Shown here: piece by piece, positions 46,458 through 59,600 of the stretch | Layout of the letters: every line of letters starts with the position of its first letter | Numbering within the stretch: the first letter of the stretch is position 1 | Origin: Phoronis australis | Lineage: Eukaryota; Animalia; Phoronida | Length of the DNA stretch: 64,000 nt | Direction of reading: 5' to 3' | Assembly (NCBI GenBank): GCA_002633005.1 | Contig: NMRA01000270.1 | Coordinates: 1-64,000 of the forward strand | Position numbers and translations under genes: made by a program | Notes under the pieces: generated by a model | The model's input: the letters and a program-made list of their open reading frames with translations, nothing else | Database searches by the model: none | Told to the model about the DNA's origin: nothing

Positions 46458-47224
46458 AACATGTGTGAAGTGAGAGGACTCGATGTTTTAGTTTTGGAGC
46501 TGAAGATTGGCCTCAATCCGTTCTGGAAAACATTTAGTAATCAATTGGAGTTTCCCTCACAGGCCAGAATATCACCGTTGCATGATGAGAATTTCCTTTC
46601 GTGTTTAGTGCTAGTTTCATCTCAAAACTGGTTCACGTCTGTTTCCCCTTCTTGTTAAAGTCTGCCATCAGGTGGCACTGGCACATTTGCCTGCCATCAG
46701 GTGGCACTGGCACATTGCCTCAAGATGAATGAAGATGATGACTGTCGTCTTCCAATTAAGAGTTACTGTATTCTGTCTTGGAATTTTCCTCTTTTAAGAG
46801 GAATTCCCTGTTTTCGGTTTCGATTTCCTCTTATCTGATTTCCAGTTTCCTCTTTTTCCTTTTTTATTGTTATTTTGACTTTATTCATCAAAAACGTTTA
46901 TTTCTGTTAAACGTTACAACACAATAAATATTTGCATCACACAAGACTTTGTGCAGCAGTAAAAAATTGAATGTTTGGACTTAAATAATTTATTAAACTC
47001 TTTATAAATTAACATACATGTGTCATTTTTACTTATTTCAAAAGCAAAAAACAATAAGACCTCAACACCTATGATGATTAACTGGTAGTAATGAATAATT
47101 AGCATAAAGTGTTAAGTGAATGCTATTTGGACTGTTGGTGAAGCTGATTATCAAATTGTATCCGAATAACACAAAAGATGTGGAAAGTGTGTGTTGTAGC
47201 ACAACCTGGCTCATGTGCAGCAGT

Positions 47225-50200
47225 TTAAAGAAGACTGTTGTCATCCACTGGCGCCTCCTGTAGTTTTGTTTTGAAGGTTTTTGTTGTCCTTTTATGGCTG
47301 TGTGCTGCACTGCTGTCTTTTCCTTGTCTCTGGACCCGTGATTCATTTCTCCCTTGTGATTGGTGTACATTCGAACTGATGAGGTCATGTGACTCAACTC
47401 TTCCTTGTGATTGGGCATCGTATGCAATATTATAATAAGATGCCATGTGATAATCTGATGTTGAAAGTCTCACCACCGAATGTGTTTCCTTCCCATTTCT
47501 CATAGTTACTTGGTTAGATCTGTAATCTGTGGTCCTCTTTTGATCCTCCATATCTTTTCTCTCTGCTAAACTCTTAAGCTGTATGTTGTCTCTCGTTCCT
47601 TTCTTTTCAACTGAAATTAGAAATGAATTTACATTAAACCCTTCCATTTTGCTTTCTGCAAAGTAGAAATGTGTGTTGTAAAAGGATCCGAGACAATGTG
47701 GCTGAATTTTTGCACAGGACATCAATCACACGTGGTGGCAATGATGTGAGATAATTTCATGTATCCGAGATGTATTGAGTGAACAGAACGCAGAACACCA
47801 GGTGTCCGTTGGTGCCTCCTTCACTAAAAAGTTGGAACATTAAAACCTCTATAATTAGAGATATTTAAAGCAGCTAGAAACCCAGACAATCACAAAAAGC
47901 AACTTTTTGATACCCATCGCTTACTTTTGCAAATTTTGTTTCATATTGTTCCTTAGTGAAAATATGTCTCCTTAGACAGAACTTATAGTTCATTATTACC
48001 AGATGTGTTGTCACAGCATGACGTTTTATTCTCCGAGCATGGTCTCTGGAAAACTAAAAATCATTTCTCATAAGTTCTGGCCAACCTTGTGGCAGTAAGT
48101 GATCGTAATGAAAATTTATTTCTTTGGCAGAATGTGGGTTTAACATTAATTCAATGTTTCACTGAAAATAAAGGTTGGGAGGCTTATCTGAACGTAATGC
48201 TTCGTTTAATCTTATTTTATATCTGGTGAAAGGAGTCTTAATTGAATAGTTGCCAGGTGTTCATTGGATTTACAAACAAAAGAAGTGTCCAGAATTGTTT
48301 GATGGAACAAGCTCCAAGTTTTTTCAGTGTCACTACAAAATGTATCACACGATGGAACTATTCACGTGTTATCTTGTCCCCCATTCTGTAATTTAATAGA
48401 AACGTTTATTTTGAATTTTGTCAAGCATCGTGGAAAACAATGTTTTATCATTTGGGAAATTTCACTGTTTGGGGGTTATATTGTTATCTCATTCTGTACG
48501 TGTCTTAATTCACCAGAACAAACCATGAGTGTAATTGTTCTTAACCTTTGCTTCCCAGTACTATGGTGTAGCTGCTTGGCACAAAGCCCTCCGCTCCTGT
48601 TGTGGTTTTCACCCAAAACCAGTCTGGGTCCTCCTTGTTCAGAAGCGTCACTATATCCCCCTGGTGTACATTCACGTCATCTTCTTGCACCGCTCTATAG
48701 TCGTAAAGAACACGAAGCCGGGCGATGTTCTTTTTGTTAAATGTACTTTTCGTTGGTTTACTGTTTATTTCATTGCACTTCACATTTTGTGTATCGCGAG
48801 ATTCATCGCTGTCGTAAATCATGAGTATCTCTCCGTGGTCGACAATATCAGACTGGTAGATCTGCGGTACACGGGACTGGACGTCTCGAGACTGTTTGGT
48901 ATTAGTTTTGAATGGCTTTTTCGTGTTCATCTTTTCATGAAGCTTCCGCCCGTGTTCGTTACCCCGCTCGTGCGTTTCATTTCCCGTTGTTTTGTTTGCG
49001 CCGGTGATTCGATGAATTTCATTTTTGTTTGCCACATGACTAAATTTCGAATGCGGTTTTGTGTTTTCTGGGACTTTCCTTCCAGGTGTTGAGCGGTTTA
49101 TGATGTGTTTCAAATTCACTGGATGGCTTGCGTTGTGATCTTCGTTGTCTATAAACTGGCAAATGTTAGCGGGTATGAATCCCTCGCCCCCGTCTTTTCT
49201 TATAACATAAAACCAGTCATATTCTTGGTATAATAATTGCACGGTTTCACCCTTGAACACTTCCAGTTCTTCCTTGATGCGCTGTTGGAAGTCTGACGTC
49301 ACCACCTGAAATCGCGACATAAAAATGGGAATTGAAATTTGATGAGGACAAAATAATGTTTCACAATATGCGATCTTAATCAAAGGTAATTGCCATGAAT
49401 AATTATGGACTTATGGGCAAATAATTGAGCCATTTGAAAATTTAGCGTGGAAACTTGTGATTGGCGCACCTAAAACTTTATCCACACATCTCACTGATTG
49501 GTGAGTCAAAAGTCGGACGAAATTCGTGCGACACCATCGATCACTTACAATAAATTGGACGTTAGCTCGGCATTCCCTTAACAAGTCGGTTGTCACTGAC
49601 CACTGCTTGTGCTATCCACAACTATTACAGACTGTGATGAAACCAAAATTCTTGCCTATGATGATACCGTACGAAATCCTATTTTAGGAAAGGGGATGAC
49701 TGGGTCATGAACCACGGCGTGGGTGAGTACATTCTTACTGGATTCGTATAACCAGTAAGAGATGGTATTACGTGGCTCAAGGCGGGACTTATCACGTGAT
49801 TACAAGTCCACCTAAATCAATCTGATGATGACTGCACGCAGCTATTAGCGGTCGAAAACGTTCAATTTATTGTAAGAACTCAACTTTGTCTCGTGAAATT
49901 CAAGTGATAGGGGTCCACGTGTAATTTGTGGAGCGAAATTGTTGTTGACAGGGTCTGAAATGAGGTGCTGTAGGTGCCAACTGAAAGAATACTCTCCCCA
50001 CTGTAGGATCAACCCACTACTCGATATGACGTTGAATGCCGTATGTCTTCGATTATCAGAATTTAGTCTTTCGGGCAAACGTGCCAGTCTAGGGTTGTTG
50101 TTGCGACGTACCATGTGTTGCTTGTGTTGCAACGACAATTCCTTTGCTAGGCCTACTCTGTCGATGGTGTCGATACTGTCGCTGCCTGTTATTCTGCCCA

Positions 50201-51885
50201 CTACGGGCGCATGATCTGAAAGAAAGGATTGGCAGATTATATATATTATATTCGGGAAGGGAAGTTGGGAGTTTTGTTGCTGCGGTTTAGTACTAAACGA
50301 TTATTGCTTTGTTATCGTTGCATACAATAGGTAAAATCATAGATCAATGGAATCGGGTGAAAAACGAAACGCCGCAAATAGACTGTTATTAATTTTTTTT
50401 GTCACGGTGAAGTTGAAATGTCACATAAACATAATGTAAATATCCCAGGTTGTGTATAACGTAATACCTTTCACTCAAGAATACACTGAACACGTTCTCG
50501 GATGTACCTTGAGGGTCGCTATCCCAGGCCGCTGTCAATTCAAGTTAAGCTACTGTTAAAATGTCGCTGTTTTATTTTAGGAATATTTAAAAAACTGTGA
50601 AATGTGAACTCATTTTATGATATAACAACTTGGATATTCGAGTTATTCGTCCAACATCAGGTGTGTTTCGTTTTGGAGAAAACTAAGAAGTCTATACTGG
50701 CAGGTAGATCCGTACTTCGTTCTTGACGTAGGGGCGTAGGGACGCTTGTATAGTGTACCCGATACGTGTAGTTTAGTGGCGACCTTACACGACCATCCTC
50801 CACTACTAATTAAGTCTTCCGCCGTCTCGCCAACAGGTCTCAGTGCATGTTAAATGAATCGACCCGTCTAGTGCATCCTCGCCACCCCAACTCGTGCAAC
50901 CCGCAGTTTTCATTGCATTCTGTATGGCACTCTGTCAGTGGAGTGTTTGGAAAATTCAGTCGCTGCAAACATCGTCACGGTCCTTTAAGACGCCTGAAAG
51001 TCAGTCTTTCCTTTGATGCCGCACGACAAATATCAGCTAGTGTGAAAGTGGAGACTTACAACCAACTTCTGCCCAAGACATGNCAGAAGTACAATGATAA
51101 ATTACAGAATGAATTTTTTTCCAAGATTTATTTTCATCACATAAGTTAATTTCTCTCTCCCACTTCAATTCTGCGACAGGTTTTACATATAAATTAGAAA
51201 TAAATACTTCGTTCTTGACGTAGGGGCGTAGGGACGCTGGTATAGTGTACCCGATACGTGTAGTTTACATCCTCCCAGTAGTGGCGACCTTATACGACCA
51301 TCCTCCACTACTAATTAAGTCTTCCGCCGTCTCGCCAACAAGTCTCAGTGCATGCTAAATGAATCGACCCGTCTAGTGCATCCTCGCCACCCCAACTCGT
51401 GCAACCCGCAGTTATCATTGCATTCTGTATGGCACTCTGTCAGTGGAGTGTTTGGAAAATTCAGTCGCTGCAAACATCGTCACGGTCCTTTAAGACGCCT
51501 GAAAGTCAGTCTTTCCTTTGATGCCGCACGACAAATATCAGCTAGTGTGAAAGTGGAGACTTACAACCAACCAAGACATGTCGCCGGGAGGCGATCCCTC
51601 GTTAAGTTTAATCCTGTACAGCGAAATTCCCCCGGGCATGCCGATCTAGGCTGACTTTACCTTGGTGAATGACGACGTCGTGACGTGACTTGACACCTGT
51701 CTAAACCAGGTCCGAGTGGAGAAGTATGTTCAACGTCCACGTTAATATCTAACTATTCAAGCATTTAACATGTCATGTTACCTATCATCTGCACTGGACA
51801 TTTTTAGAGACAAAAAGTTCAGGCATGCACATAATGTCTTACCTTTACATTTCTTTTTCCTCCTGTTGGGGCAAAGGAACGCCAT
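47225..51885 (-). CDS. Dlish: Dlish/Vamana-type SH3 adaptor (Dachs ligand with SH3s) homolog, ~445 aa, two SH3 domains
   Basis: Exons (minus) 51885-51843 (MAFLCPNRRKKKCK), 50215-50112 (..GRITGSDSIDTIDRVGLAKE..M), 49305-48546 (SH3-1 VVTSDFQ..ELEVFKGE..DWFYV..EGFIP; SH3-2 VLYDYRAVQEDDVNV..EDPDWFWV..EGFVPSSY), 47655-47225 (in-phase low-complexity tail, less certain). MAFLCP and GRITGSxSIxTxxRVG are Dlish signatures. Confidence 0.85.
50713..51580. repeat. ~370-bp near-identical direct duplication flanking a single N
   Basis: 50713-51082 vs 51205-51580; the first copy ends exactly at N 51083, so it is probably an unmerged contig/haplotype overlap. Confidence 0.85.
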
Positions 51886-53672
51886 ACCTAAACACAGGAC
51901 ATTCCGCTGATAACAAAAAGGGTTAACCTGATATTGGTGCTGTACAAATAATGGCTTTGTGTATTGATCCTTAACACTGTGTCGATTGAATGCTATTTAC
52001 GCGTCGATGAATGGACCACGTTTGCGTGTTTATTGGAACTTATCTTAAAGTCACCAGCAGACAAACGGTTATTTAATGAACATATACAACGCGTTACGTT
52101 GACGTTAACTTGCTTCAGTCTAGCCGTTGACTTTTAAGAGACATTACTCACATTAATTGTTGAAAAGCATCTTTGATGAGACATGAATTTGTAATTTATC
52201 ACAGCTAACTGAAAACGTTACGTTTCAGGATGATCCCGGTCCCGGTTCCACTAAAAAGACTTGCTACCTCGTGAGTCTCGTCATGGCAACGAACCAGTCA
52301 CACTAAGGATGACTGAAAATGAGTTTAACTAGTGAGGATTTAAGCACAGGAAAAGTCACCCAATTTTGTTTGTACAGGAAACGTTGTGAAATGGCGCATG
52401 TTTGACAGTATTATGGGCGGCGCAGCACTGAAAAAGTGGGGGGCTAAAGCTCTCTCAGCCCCCCTGTGGGGCACCACCTATAGACTATGTGCAGCGTAGA
52501 CTGAAAACTGGGGGGAGCCCCCAGCCTCATGGTGCGCCGCCCATGAGTACATGCCCCGCCCACTTTAACGAGAATAGCGACAGCTCTGAACTAGCGTCAG
52601 TGGAACTCTGGGACTTTATTGGCGAGAAATGTGATTTCCTAGCGTTTCTGAATTTAGTCCCCAGCAGCGCCTGGGCGGGAATAAACCTGTAATCATCGCG
52701 GTAGGCCGGTGCAACCTGCTGTCATGCTAAGCTCGGGGCCACTTGATAGCAAAATTCTAACTCAGTGGTAAAGTCGCGGGCTTTGATTTCAGCAAATGTC
52801 TGCAAGAAACGGCGATTTGGCAGTCTTTTTAATTTTAGGATGGACATGACTTTGCTTTGGTTACGAGCGTAATGGCCGGACTGATAAAAACGCGCGCAGA
52901 CCAACTGTAAAGGGTCTTTTCACTGACGGTGACGTTTCCTTACCCCCATCGAGCAAGCGTTGCTCCATCCAAACAAGAATTGTACGGTGACATGGCTACC
53001 TCAAAATCCACTAACTGCTGCCTGGTGGTTTGGTAATTGGCCCAGTATCATTGCACATCCACCAGAACTAATGAAGTACATATTATAATTGTTGTAACAT
53101 TAAGAAACCGTTTTGGGTTGTAAAAGTCACATTTCTTGCCCGATTTTTAAAATTAAAAACCTAATCACGTGTGCATTTCATATATGCTATTTAAAAACTT
53201 TTAACTCAAAATGAAAACTTAAAAATACTATTGTCACCCCATTGTGTTTATGATGGGTCTCATTATCTAGAGAACGATAACATCAACTGCCTAAGACGAT
53301 TCATTTAATCACAACAGCATGGTGTCTTTGATGTAAACCGGCAGAGTCTCAAGTGCGCAAACCGGTCGAGTTGCCCAATCTCAGTAGATCAGTTATCTTT
53401 GGTGTCAACGTCGGATTCTTTTCATGATCCAGATTTTACATGATTTTACGTCTGGGCCTCTTGGCTGTTGGCCACCTTAAAAACGTCAAAAACTTAACCG
53501 TCACTTAGGACCCACTATGAAATGTCGTATTACTCCCTGCAATCACGTACTGAAAAACGGTGACCTGCTGGTCGTTGGTGATGTGGATGAAGTGATACAG
53601 ACGTAAGCGCCACCTATCATTGTCGTAACGACTAACATTATTCGCTGCCGTCTTAGTTTCTTTTTCGTCAAA

Positions 53673-56600
53673 ATGGCCGACGTGCAGCAGATTCTGGCTT
53701 CTTCTCTCGTAAATGCTGTTGTGCACCCCTTAAGCTATGCAAAGGTTTTGATGCAGGTACGAAAGATGCATTTCTTACGATTTTTTCGATAACTGCAATT
53801 TCGAGAGCCGGTTGGTTTCATTTTAATTCATTTGTTCAGTTGAATTTCTCATGACCGGACGAAGGTGCAGACTGGCAACCACCAGGCATAGAAGCTCGCT
53901 TCCTTCGACGAAGGCTTCGTTATGCGCGGTTGTAAGAAAAATAAAAAAACTTTGATATTTGTGCCTTGGCTGCGCCTAATATTGTAAGTGATGTGATTTG
54001 TGAAGTTGGAAGTATTACTGTGTCTGTGAACATCACAAATAGAGTTCGGCAGCCAAGAGGCGCAGGGGCAGGGCAGTGAAAATTGAAATGAAGTTTGTGA
54101 CAGTGAACCTGATCTCACCATGCCCGTAGTCAAATTTGGTGTGAAGAGTCGTGAACTAGCTGGCTGTCTGTTAGTGTGCCTGGCTATGCTGTGGTCTCAC
54201 AGAAGTGAGCAGTCGATATTGTGTACAATCCAATCCAAAAATGTATCCACATGATACTAGCATTTTCCAAATCTGCCGTCTGTATACTATACTGTTTCCA
54301 CTACTGAATGCCCGTGGTCGCGCCCTCCAGCCCACCATCTTAGGGTTATGACTAACATATTTATTATCTTATTCTGGCATAGTGAATCAAGATCTAAACA
54401 AGTCTCACCATCTTATCATAAAATATTGTTTTAGGTGTACCCACTTTCTTTGATGACTTGGGTTGGCCTAGACTTTGAATTAATCCGAAACAGAAGTTTT
54501 GGACTTGGGATTCTTGTTGATTTCGTGACATCCTCATTTTGCAAGATGGGGCGTAACATTTTCTAATGTGTCGCATATCTACTATATTATGCTTCCTTTC
54601 AAAACTGTCATTTTACTTGCCTGACCCTGTCTTGCTGTCATCAGTATACCTGATATTTTTTCTAGAATATCAAAGCTTTCGTGGGATTGGTAATATGCAT
54701 ACAGTATGGTGTTCTATTTTTGATTGATTTAGAAAATATTCCCTTTTAGATTGGTTATGAACCTGTTGCTGCAGAGCCATGTAAGACAATATTTGGCAAG
54801 CCAGCTCTGTGTTACCCAAATGTCTTGAGATACTGTAAGTATGGTTGTCTACATTTTGATTAACTGCAATCATAAATTACAGACAACAGATTCACATTTT
54901 CTTGCGTAATATCCTAGAGGAGGCGCCACTCTCCTAAAGTACCCATTTCAGCTTCTGGTTAGTGTATTATGCCAGGAAATTCTCGCATCTAGTTTAACTG
55001 TCCAGTACAACGAAAAAAATAATTTTGGCATTGAAAAGCTGTTTAAAGTCTTCCAATAACAGAACTGTTGGTATTGTGAGTACTTTTGACTCCTGAGAAC
55101 ACTACACCCGACCATGATTAGCAGATGACGTACTTGCCGGAAGTAAAACTTTCTAATTTTGCCAGGTGTCGCTGCATAATAGTGACGTCACTGCTTATAC
55201 GCAAGATCACAGATTTCGCCCACTGAAAATATACCGAGTTGGCGGTCCATGTACTATAGTTTCTTCTGCAATGTATCGTACGTATGTTTAGTTTGAGCAT
55301 GGGATTGGCATTTCAATCTATTTCTACTTGTGACCTGCCTATTAAAACAGAGTATGGATGGGTGAATGATGGAGTTACCCCAAAGCTAATTACAAAAACT
55401 GTGTTTTATTTACCCAACTCAGGTGGACAACTATCCACTTAATGTTACCATGCTTTTCATGTTGTTCTTATTGTTACAGTGGGACACCTGAAGAAGCAGG
55501 AGGGTTTCCTTAGCCTATATAGAGGTCTTGGTGCTTCAATTACATCCCACATGGCTGGGAGCACAGTGAGTGCCCTGGTGTCGCAGGTATGTCCCTACGT
55601 TGTCCCCTTTGTCCCTGGAGACAATACGCTACACAGTTGGAAACCAAACAACATCTAGAGGACTGTATGCAGCCTGTAGACTTATTGAGCTGTACACTGT
55701 ACACTCATAAGTGAAACTGGTCTTAGGATGAGATTGTACACTCATAAGTGCTACTGGTCATAGCATGAGACTGTACACTCATACGTGCAACTGGTCATAG
55801 CATGAGATTTTACACTCATAAAGGCTACTGGTCATAGCATGATATTGTATACAATCATAAGGGGAACTAGTCATAGCATGAGATTGCACTCTCATAATGG
55901 GAACTGGTCATAGCATGAGATTGTGCACTGGTAAGTGCTACTGGTCATAGCATGGTTTAAAATGTGTGACCAAAAAGTAATTTGGTAAAGTTTATTGGAG
56001 CACTCAGTATGCTAGTGCTACATTTTTCTGTCTCAGCTTTGTATGTGTTGTGTCAAATGTGGTTTCGGCTTAAGCCACACCTTATTTAAGGCCATCGATT
56101 GTTTTTAAAGGAGAATGCTGCCCTATTTAATTAGTCTTTTTTTCGTCTTAATCGGTCTATATCCACATCGCCTCTTATACGGTCGACCTCACCTTGCCGA
56201 GAGGTGTCGCTTTGACCTGTGAGGAAGGTGAGAAGAATGATTCGAATTTATCACCAAACTGACACAAACTCCCGCGATCGACCATGGTAAATTGGCCTAC
56301 CAAACTCTGTAGGCTACGGTATGTTCAAATACTTATAAATACGTAACAGTGAAATAAAACAACAGGTTTGTTTAAGAACTCGATGTATTTGTAAGGGGTT
56401 TACATCGAATTTTGATGATTTATTGGTGTAAAACTGTGAATTCAAACGATAAGTTAACACCAGTAAGGGTATTGTGAATGGCTGAACAGACTGCGTTCGA
56501 ACCGATTACGTCATTAGTTAATTTCAACACCTCCATCTGCTGTTAGGTATCAGGTAAAACAACTGAACTTGCTGTTATGAAGTGGAACTACTCAATCTAA

Positions 56601-59600
56601 ATTGATACAAAATAGGTTGTTTTTTGGGTGGCATTCTCCTTTAAGTCATGTTCAGAGTAAATACGTTGCGGATTTGTGTGTGTTTTCAGTACATTGACAC
56701 AGTGAGCGGGGATAAACAGAAAAAGGAACACACAGAGCTAGTGGAGGGAGACTCCAAGGACCAGCTTATTGCTTTGTGTGTTAGAGTAAGTTTTGCCTTG
56801 CAGTTACTTATACGTATAAAACTCTGATACTAGACATAGTTGTAAGGCTTGCTGTACTGTTACATACCACTGCCTGTCATTACAAAAACTATCCTCCATT
56901 TATGGACTGTTAGGATGGTAACGGTTGATTTATGTATATGATTGCTATGTCCATGATTTGGACAGGGCTCGACATAAGAAAATAAGTGGTCAGAAATATA
57001 AGTGGAAAAAGTAAAATACATGTTGAAAATTGACCTCACTCTTATCACTCGCCTGGGTGACGAACAGACGTTTTTTTGGTTGCCACTTTTTATGATGAGA
57101 GCAAATCTGGAAATACGAGTGCAAATATGCCATCACTTGTACTTCCGAGCGGACAGTTTGGCCTGTGCTGAGCACTGGTTGAAAAATTCCGTAGTTTGTA
57201 TGCACGCGTAATTGTCAAGTAAGGTTAGATTGTATGATTAGATTCAACTGTTTTATCATTTCTTTGTTCATGTTCTAGACTGGAAAGGAGAGTTTAGTCA
57301 GGTGTGCTGGAGTGATTGCTAGCCATCCATTAAAAGGTAAATATTACACAGTTATTGATGTCTTTTAAGCAGGGTCATTATGTTGTTTTTCAAACCTTGT
57401 GACTGTGGCATTGACTGAGGTCAGACCCGAGGTTATGATTATGTTTTTGGAGTTTGAAAACAACAACGAAAGCCATTAATGACTTTGTTATTTGAATAAC
57501 GGTTTTTAGATATCGAGGCTCTCCATGCCTTGATTTTGTGCATGTGTTTCGGCTTAATTCCCTGCCTGAAAACTATTTTAAAACCTTGTAAAACTCCCTT
57601 CACAATGGTGAAAAACTCGCCTCGAAGAATAAAAAATTGTGATGACCTTTTCATGTTGTTTGCGTATGAAAAAGTCATTTACTGTGTTGAGGTGATTACA
57701 GTTGGCAGAATTTGGCAAAGTTGAATTTGAAAACAATGTTGTCAGTTGGCACAGGCCCATCGCCTTAGGTGAGTGAGGTATTTGTAAACCCAAGCCAAAA
57801 CTGATATTAGAAAATACTACAAAATTTCGCCAATTTCATACAAGAATAACTGCTGTTTTAGAAGATTAAGAAAGAGTTCAGGATTTTTCAAACAATCCCT
57901 TTTACATCCCTGATTTATGAAAAGTTGAAGAAACAAAATTCCACTGGCCGGCCATGTTGTCTCCTAAATTGGTGAGATTCCATCATAATAAAAAAATTGC
58001 ATTGCCTTGATAGTGGTGTTGTTACTGAGTGCTGCCTGGTTGCTATGTTGAGTGCTGGCTGCTTGCTATGTTGAGTGCTGCCTGGTTGCTATGTTGAGTG
58101 CTGCCTGGTTGCTATGTTGAGTGCTGCCTGGTTGCTATGTTGAGTGCTACCTGGTTGCTATGTTGAGTGCTGCCTGGTTACTTATATTGAGTGCTCTCTG
58201 TTTCAGTCATCATGATCAGGTCTATGGTCCAGGTTGTTGGAGGTGAAACTAAATACGAGTAAGTCGTCATTAGCAATGCCAGCTAGCATCTATTGTCTTA
58301 CCGGTCAGAATTATCTCCACGGCTAACCGCATGTGGTACTTTCAAACAATAAAGCATGACGTTGTTTTTTAATTTCAGGCAACAAAAGCAATGCCTTGCA
58401 ACCATTTCTGTTTTTGAGAACTGGGCCTCTTGTCTTCATTTTTGCTTTCTGTTACATTGTCTCATTGCTAAACTTTCGTTGCCTTATGGCTGTGTAGAAA
58501 TACTTTTTGGACACTCTAAAGCTGCTAGAAACTCGAGTTACCATTCTGGGCAGTAGTCACTTATATGGGTCTTGTTTTTGAGAGCCAGGGTAGTGTTCAG
58601 TAGTTGAAAAATCTAGCCAAAATCACGTGCTCTCATTGAAAGTACACGGCGATATCTTGCTTTTCTAGCGAGGTACTAGACTGTTATTGAATTATTCCCT
58701 CTATGATGCCTGTTATTCAGTGAACAAAATTGGTTCTCAAAATTCGAACCCCTGAAAGTCACTATAATGGATTCTGGATTTGGGAATCAGCAGAATCTGG
58801 CACTGCTTTAGACAATGCTGAGGGCATAATATTACCTGCCATGAGATCAAAACTGCCCTCTGATGTGAGTATGGAATAAGTTAAGGCTTATTAAGTAAAA
58901 ATAAGAGTTTGAAATCAAAAAGTATTTTTGACTGAAGGTGGGTTTATAGAAGCTTCATACACTAATTCATCTTGCATAGTTTATTTAAGTTATGTAAGTT
59001 CCAAAGTATGGATCATTTTAGGAAAAAATATTGCTGTTGTAACTATGTTTGTTTCAAATATTTTGAGAAGCAAGCCGTTTCTGTTAAGTATTGCACAGAG
59101 AATGTTTTGACCAACACTCCTGACCAAATGCTAAATGTTTCTTTTCAGTTCATTATTCTCATCGCTTAGTGAAATCTACCACGAAGACGGAATTTTAGGA
59201 TTTTTCTCGTGAGTATTTTCGTGATGATGTAAATTCGATTTGGCCAAAGATACTGATGATGTAAGCCAGTTTGCAAAAATTGTAAATGAGTAGAGCAACT
59301 AGTGTGTAACAAAGTGGTTTTTTAGAGTCACAACACAAGAGTATAAACATGTCAAATGACAGAGTTCTTACCTGTAATTAGTTTATGTGTTTGAAAGATA
59401 GTATTGTAACAGAGCAAGTCTCCACTGAGCTTCAAAAATGTGTATTTCACCTCATCAGGCATACGTTCAGTTCAGTTACACATGATGATCAATTTCATGA
59501 AGGCAAAAGAAGGAAACACCCTTCTCCTAAGCCTGTCGCTAGCGAAGTGCCCTACACATACAGTCGTGTCCGCATGCCCATGTAACAAAGGTGCACTGAG

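Noticed and set aside
50713-51654. Twin 100-aa ORFs (MLNESTRLVHPRHP..) suggesting a duplicated small gene
   Set aside because: They lie antisense in a Dlish intron, have no recognisable motif, and the first copy ends exactly at a lone N, so this is probably a haplotype/contig overlap.
59221-59270. GTGATGA...CTGA box C/D-like motifs in MTCH2 intron 7
   Set aside because: Too short, too close to the donor, and lacking a terminal stem or recognisable guide.
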